Source: Candidatus Poribacteria bacterium
GTDB lineage: Bacteria > Poribacteria > WGA-4E > WGA-3G
Direction of reading: 5' to 3'
Assembly (NCBI GenBank): GCA_965197475.1
Contig: CBDANF010000003.1
Coordinates: forward strand, 3,136,001 to 3,200,000
DNA length: 64,000 nt
The position numbers and the translations under genes are program-made. The notes under the pieces are model-generated. The model did not search any database and was not told where the DNA came from. It worked only from the letters and a program-made list of their open reading frames with translations. Numbering within the stretch: the first letter of the stretch is position 1; each line of letters begins with the position of its first letter. Below are positions 63,748 to 64,000 of this stretch, one piece after another.

Positions 63748-63756
63748 ACTAAGCTA

Positions 63757-64000
63757 ATGAAAGTTGAGCAGCTTCACGGTCCCAAAGAAAAAACGCTTCA
63801 GGTTGTTGAACTTGAATACCTTTTACAATGTGATTCCCCAGATGTCTTGTGGCCACACGGCTTACAGAAAGAAGGGAGGATCATCGTTACCCGCGCGCCA
63901 GCAAGGCTTGATATAATGGGTGGTATCGCGGACTACTGCGGCTCAAACGTCTTTGAGATGACGTTAAACCGTGCGGCTGCCGCAGCATGCCAAGCAAGGG
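63757..64000 (+). CDS. GHMP-family sugar kinase (galacto-/arabinokinase-like), runs off the window end
   Basis: 'TRAPARLDIMGGIADYCGS'; not in the ORF track. Confidence 0.75.
   Translation, partial: MKVEQLHGPKEKTLQVVELEYLLQCDSPDVLWPHGLQKEGRIIVTRAPARLDIMGGIADYCGSNVFEMTLNRAAAAACQAR

Overview
A 64-kb, moderately AT-rich bacterial window. Several features point to Candidatus Poribacteria (a sponge symbiont): ECF sigma-WD40 fusions, 'WALPEGAIARLG' WD40 proteins, PhyH paralogs, a sulfatase, an NHL protein and a LamG protein with a 'KLSLTWGxIK'-type tail. This assignment is inferred from family content only. The window holds surface-glycan and nonulosonic-acid genes (1-12 kb), a sigma/WD40 cluster (12-19 kb), housekeeping and metabolic genes (gdhA, pdxJ, rluB-like), many secreted proteins, about 9 IS elements or remnants (IS701/IS4-like, IS3, IS5, IS630, IS1595, ISAs1) and several REP/MITE families. 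Many genes are truncated at IS ends. The strongest hidden signal is a secreted thioredoxin-TPR selenoprotein that the ORF track splits in two: an in-frame TGA sits in a W-U-G-W-C redox motif and is followed by a bacterial SECIS-like hairpin (27404-28612, minus strand). Other notable items are an internal SD+ATG at the sigma/WD40 junction of both ECF fusions, a MITE that repeatedly abuts the same point of a REP hairpin, an IS1595 carrying passenger genes and a structured leader, a possible 49.6-kb IS-bounded segment splitting one gene, and a NeuB plus CMAS-HAD pathway with two oxidoreductases. Several homopolymer frameshifts could be sequencing errors. No tRNA, rRNA or CRISPR array was seen.
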